This document shows, piece by piece, positions 60,664-64,000 of a stretch of DNA of 64,000 bases; positions within the stretch are counted from its first letter, which is position 1; every line of letters starts with the position of its first letter. The stretch covers positions 1,568,001-1,632,000 of the forward strand of contig JBJBDL010000003.1 of assembly GCA_047285305.1 (NCBI GenBank), written 5' to 3'. A program made the translations under genes and the position numbers. This DNA comes from Synechococcus sp. (lineage in GTDB: Bacteria; Cyanobacteriota; Cyanobacteriia; PCC-6307; Cyanobiaceae). Under the pieces are notes generated by a model. That model was not told the DNA's origin and did no database searches. It saw nothing but the letters and a program-made list of their open reading frames with translations.

Positions 60664-61779
60664 ATGACCACAATCACCCCGTTGCATCACATCCGCGTTG
60701 CGCTGGAGCGCAATCCCTACGACGTGGTGATTGGAGACGGCGGCCTGGCCAGGCTTGGGCAGCAGATGCTGGACGCTGGAGTACAGGCTGGTCGGCGTGT
60801 ACTGGTGGTGAGCAATCCGGATGTCGCCAGACCCTACGGCGACGCCTGCCTGAACAGCCTCAGAGAGGCAGGTTTCAGCGTGGAGCTGTTGGTGATTGAC
60901 GCCGGCGAAACCCAGAAGACACCAGCCACGGTGGCGGAGATTCACGATGCGGCTTACAACGCCAAGCTGGAACGCAGCTCCTTGATGGTGGCCCTCGGCG
61001 GCGGCGTTGTGGGGGACATGACCGGATTTGCGGCAGCCACCTGGCTGCGAGGCATCCAGGTGGTGCAGGTGCCGACAACCCTGCTGGGCATGGTGGATGC
61101 GTCGATCGGTGGCAAGACCGGGGTCAACCACCCCCGCGGCAAAAACCTAATCGGCGCCTTTCACCAGCCGCGGCTGGTGCTGATCGATCCCTCCACCCTG
61201 AACACCCTGCCCAAACGCGAGTTCCGGGCCGGCATGGCCGAGGTGATCAAGTATGGAATTCTCGGCGACACGGCGCTGTTCGAGGAACTGGAGGCCTGCG
61301 CAGACCCGAGCACGCCCGCTGGGCTTGGAGCCGAAAGTCTGAGCTCGATCCTGCAGCGATCGGCCGCGGCCAAGGCCCGGGTGGTAGCCGCCGACGAAAA
61401 GGAAGGTGGCTTACGAGCGATCCTCAACTACGGCCATACCTTCGGCCATGTGGTGGAGACGCTCTGCGGCTATGGCACCTGGCTGCATGGTGAGGCGGTG
61501 GCCATTGGCATGGTGGCCGTGGGTGAACTCGGCGTGCTGCGGGGCAGCTGGAGTCGCGACGATGCTGAGCGCCAACGCCGCCTTATCCACAGCGCCGGAC
61601 TCCCCACCGCCTGGCCGGATCTCTCCGCCGATGCTGTTTTAAACAGTTTGCAGGGGGACAAAAAGGTGCGCAACGGTCGCCTGCGCTTCGTGATGCCGAC
61701 CGGCATCGGAACGGTTGAGATTCGCGATGACGTCAGTCGCGACGAGATCCTGAACTGCCTTGAGCGCCTGAAAGGCTGA
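60664..61779 (+). CDS. aroB: 3-dehydroquinate synthase
   Basis: [27 protein letters not shown]. Confidence 0.96.
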   Translation: MTTITPLHHIRVALERNPYDVVIGDGGLARLGQQMLDAGVQAGRRVLVVSNPDVARPYGDACLNSLREAGFSVELLVIDAGETQKTPATVAEIHDAAYNAKLERSSLMVALGGGVVGDMTGFAAATWLRGIQVVQVPTTLLGMVDASIGGKTGVNHPRGKNLIGAFHQPRLVLIDPSTLNTLPKREFRAGMAEVIKYGILGDTALFEELEACADPSTPAGLGAESLSSILQRSAAAKARVVAADEKEGGLRAILNYGHTFGHVVETLCGYGTWLHGEAVAIGMVAVGELGVLRGSWSRDDAERQRRLIHSAGLPTAWPDLSADAVLNSLQGDKKVRNGRLRFVMPTGIGTVEIRDDVSRDEILNCLERLKG

Positions 61780-62932
61780 AGCCGTCTTCCGGCAATCCGC
61801 GCCTGTAGGTGAGCCAGCGGAACGAACCGAGCCCCGCGGGATCCACCAGTCGAAGCAGCGCTTCGCGGCGTTGCAAAGCTTCAGCCAACTGTTTGCCCGG
61901 TAGCTGCTGCAGTCCATGCAGACGCTCTGCAAGACCCAAGGCCAGCAATGCCTCGCCTTGTTTCGCCTGATCGCCCACCATCCAGCCGTTGCGCTGAGCC
62001 GCCTCATCCACGACCTCGATGCAGAGGTGTGCCGTGAGGTCCTGCTCGCCGGGCTGATCGAAGGGCGACAGCCCCGCCTGCTGAGCGCAAACAGCCATCA
62101 AGGTGCCGTCGGAGCGCCGGGCTGTGAAATAACGCCGTGCCTCCAGGGCGTAATCAATCACCAGCAGCACGCCCGCATCCACGGCGGCCGCAGCAGCAGC
62201 GAACCAGTCGGGCAATGCACTGTTCCACTCCGTGGTCCATCCCTCTTCGGCATCGGGGGGCGGCAACTGAATGGCGCCTTGGCTGCACACACGCCTGATC
62301 TCCTGGAGCAAACCATCGGGGAGAGGCCGATGCGTCGTTTGCAACTCACCGTTTGGATTGAGCTCCACCCACTGCTGCTGGAGGGATCCCTCCCGCCAGA
62401 TCAAGCGCTCCACTGGGAGGGCATCCAGCAACTCATGGGCGATCACCACCCCATGAACCGGAGCGCGGCGCAACGCGTCGAGAGAACACCAGCGCAGTGG
62501 CACATCATCCGCCTCTTGCAGCAGAGCCTGTTGCCGCCTCCGCATGCCGGGATTGGCCTCCACTAACACCAATTCGATACGAGCCAACAGCTCTGGATCA
62601 GCACCACGCAGCGCAGCAACAAGATCCCGGGCCAGATGGCCTTCGCCAGGGCCGATTTCCACGATCGACAGGCGTTGATCAGGATCACTTTGGGGAATCG
62701 AGTTCAGCCAGGCCAGGATTTGAGGAGCCAAAAGGGTTGCGAAATCACTACCCAGCGAGGGGGAGGTGACGAAATCACCCTGGGCTCCGATGAGGGCACG
62801 GCCTGAGCCGTAATACCCGTGCTCCGGCTCATTCAGAGCCAGATCCATGAACCGGTAAAACGGAACGGCACCCCCCGCCTGGTGCAGATGCGTTGCCAAC
62901 CAGTCGGGACAGGACGCAGCCATCGGTTCCAT
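61733..62932 (-). CDS. SAM-dependent methyltransferase (MidA/NDUFAF7 family)
   Basis: FMDLAL...[30 protein letters not shown]. Confidence 0.9.
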   Translation of the reverse strand: MEPMAASCPDWLATHLHQAGGAVPFYRFMDLALNEPEHGYYGSGRALIGAQGDFVTSPSLGSDFATLLAPQILAWLNSIPQSDPDQRLSIVEIGPGEGHLARDLVAALRGADPELLARIELVLVEANPGMRRRQQALLQEADDVPLRWCSLDALRRAPVHGVVIAHELLDALPVERLIWREGSLQQQWVELNPNGELQTTHRPLPDGLLQEIRRVCSQGAIQLPPPDAEEGWTTEWNSALPDWFAAAAAAVDAGVLLVIDYALEARRYFTARRSDGTLMAVCAQQAGLSPFDQPGEQDLTAHLCIEVVDEAAQRNGWMVGDQAKQGEALLALGLAERLHGLQQLPGKQLAEALQRREALLRLVDPAGLGSFRWLTYRRGLPEDGFSLSGAQGSSGSRRD

Positions 62933-62963
62933 TGGAGAGAATGCCGGTCGCTGCAGCAGTTCC

Positions 62964-63773
62964 ATGGGAACACATCACATCCGACATCTGTGGACCCTCG
63001 TCGTGATGGCCCTGGTCAGCCTGGGTGTTCTGGTGACCCCGGCTGAGGCCTACGACAACCCGGAGCTGCTGCCGGATCACCCCACCCCGGTGATCGACCT
63101 CGCCAAGGTCTTCAGTGACACCCAGCGGGCCCAGCTGGAAGCATCCCTGGCGGATGTGGAGGAACGCACAGGCTGGAAGATGCGGGTGTTGACCCAGTAC
63201 GAGCGCACACCTGGTCTGGCCATTCGCGAGTTCTGGGGCCTGGATGAAAGCAGCCTGCTGCTGGTGGCCGACCCCCGCGGAGGGAACCTGCTGAACTTCA
63301 ACGTTGGCGATGCCTACTTCGCGATGATGCCGCGCACCTACTGGGTGGAGCTGCAGACCCGCTACGGCAACCAGTACTACGTAAAGGATCACGGCGAAGA
63401 CGGAGCCGTGCTGGATGCCCTCAATGCAGTGGAAATCTGTCTTGACCGTGGTGGTTGTCAGGTGGTGCCTGGCCTGCCCCAGGAACAGTGGCTTTGGACT
63501 CTGACCACCTCGATCTTTGGCGGCTTGATTGCCGGCTTTGCGGCCTACCCCCGGAAGGAGGGCGAAACCATCGCCTGGGCGTGGTTGCTGCTGCTCTCAC
63601 CGCTGTGGGTGATGCTGTTCGGCGTCTTCGGCGTAGCCCCCGTGGTGACGCGCACTTCAGAGTTGATGCCGCTACTTCGCAATGGGGTTGGTTTCCTGGC
63701 GGGAGGCATTGCCGCGTATCTGATCGCGCAAGCCACTGTCGGCAGGAAGCTTCAGAACGACGCCGAGGGCTGA
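62964..63773 (+). CDS. TPM domain membrane protein
   Basis: PTPVIDLAK, GWKMRVLTQY, ELQTRYGNQYYV. Confidence 0.85.
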   Translation: MGTHHIRHLWTLVVMALVSLGVLVTPAEAYDNPELLPDHPTPVIDLAKVFSDTQRAQLEASLADVEERTGWKMRVLTQYERTPGLAIREFWGLDESSLLLVADPRGGNLLNFNVGDAYFAMMPRTYWVELQTRYGNQYYVKDHGEDGAVLDALNAVEICLDRGGCQVVPGLPQEQWLWTLTTSIFGGLIAGFAAYPRKEGETIAWAWLLLLSPLWVMLFGVFGVAPVVTRTSELMPLLRNGVGFLAGGIAAYLIAQATVGRKLQNDAEG

Positions 63774-63798
63774 GGAACGTCGAGAAACGTGGATGACG

Positions 63799-64000
63799 TC
63801 AGAGCCGAGTGGCGCATTCAATGCGCGACCCGGTGCAGAGGGCCGGCGGAGGAGCGATGAGAGCCTGGCGCTTGACATCACGCAGACGCCGCAACTCCGC
63901 GAGATTCACGTCATAGAAGGAACGCAAACGTGCGTATTTCTTGACGGGCTGACCGTAGTAGCTGCGACCGGCAAGGGTAGGGAAGGACGCCCATTCGGGA
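63799..64000 (-). CDS. Glycoside hydrolase family 104 (lambda-lysozyme-like muramidase), C-terminal part
   Basis: Hand translation PEWASFPTLAGRSYYGQPVK...ATRL*. Confidence 0.75.
   Translation of the reverse strand, partial: PEWASFPTLAGRSYYGQPVKKYARLRSFYDVNLAELRRLRDVKRQALIAPPPALCTGSRIECATRL

Noticed and set aside
63799..64000. Lysozyme-like gene as prophage evidence
   Set aside because: No phage genes nearby; composition matches the core genes

Overview
Mostly core chromosome of a marine Synechococcus (subcluster 5.1-like; high GC, picocyanobacterial gene order): dacB-dapF, leuS, pgi, purN/argC/ribBA, mtnP/murQ, dnaJ-dnaK, pstCAB, tRNA-Ser(GGA), hisZ, htpG, rpmB, ggpS plus a sugar/glucosylglycerol ABC operon, psaK, dxs, ilvA, pyk, ftsH, clpP, psb29, petN, clpS, 6S RNA, purK, aroB. 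The notable content is two ~2 kb integrase-less mini-islands 52.5 kb apart. Island A (~3770-5640) sits between dapF and a 5'-truncated hfq. Island B (56266-58375) is integrated into the 3' end of the 6S RNA gene, with a 51-bp direct repeat. Both carry the same cassette: DUF3104 with an upstream LexA-like box, a conserved ~480-nt probably non-coding segment, a secreted Cys-His-His micro-protein and a single-TM micro-protein (~780 bp at ~91% identity by hand count). Both have integrase-arm-like tandem and inverted repeats at the junction, but with a different motif at each site. Several sub-60-aa ORFs missing from the ORF track and two multiply disabled pseudogenes are also present. All family calls come from reading the sequence; no database searches were run.
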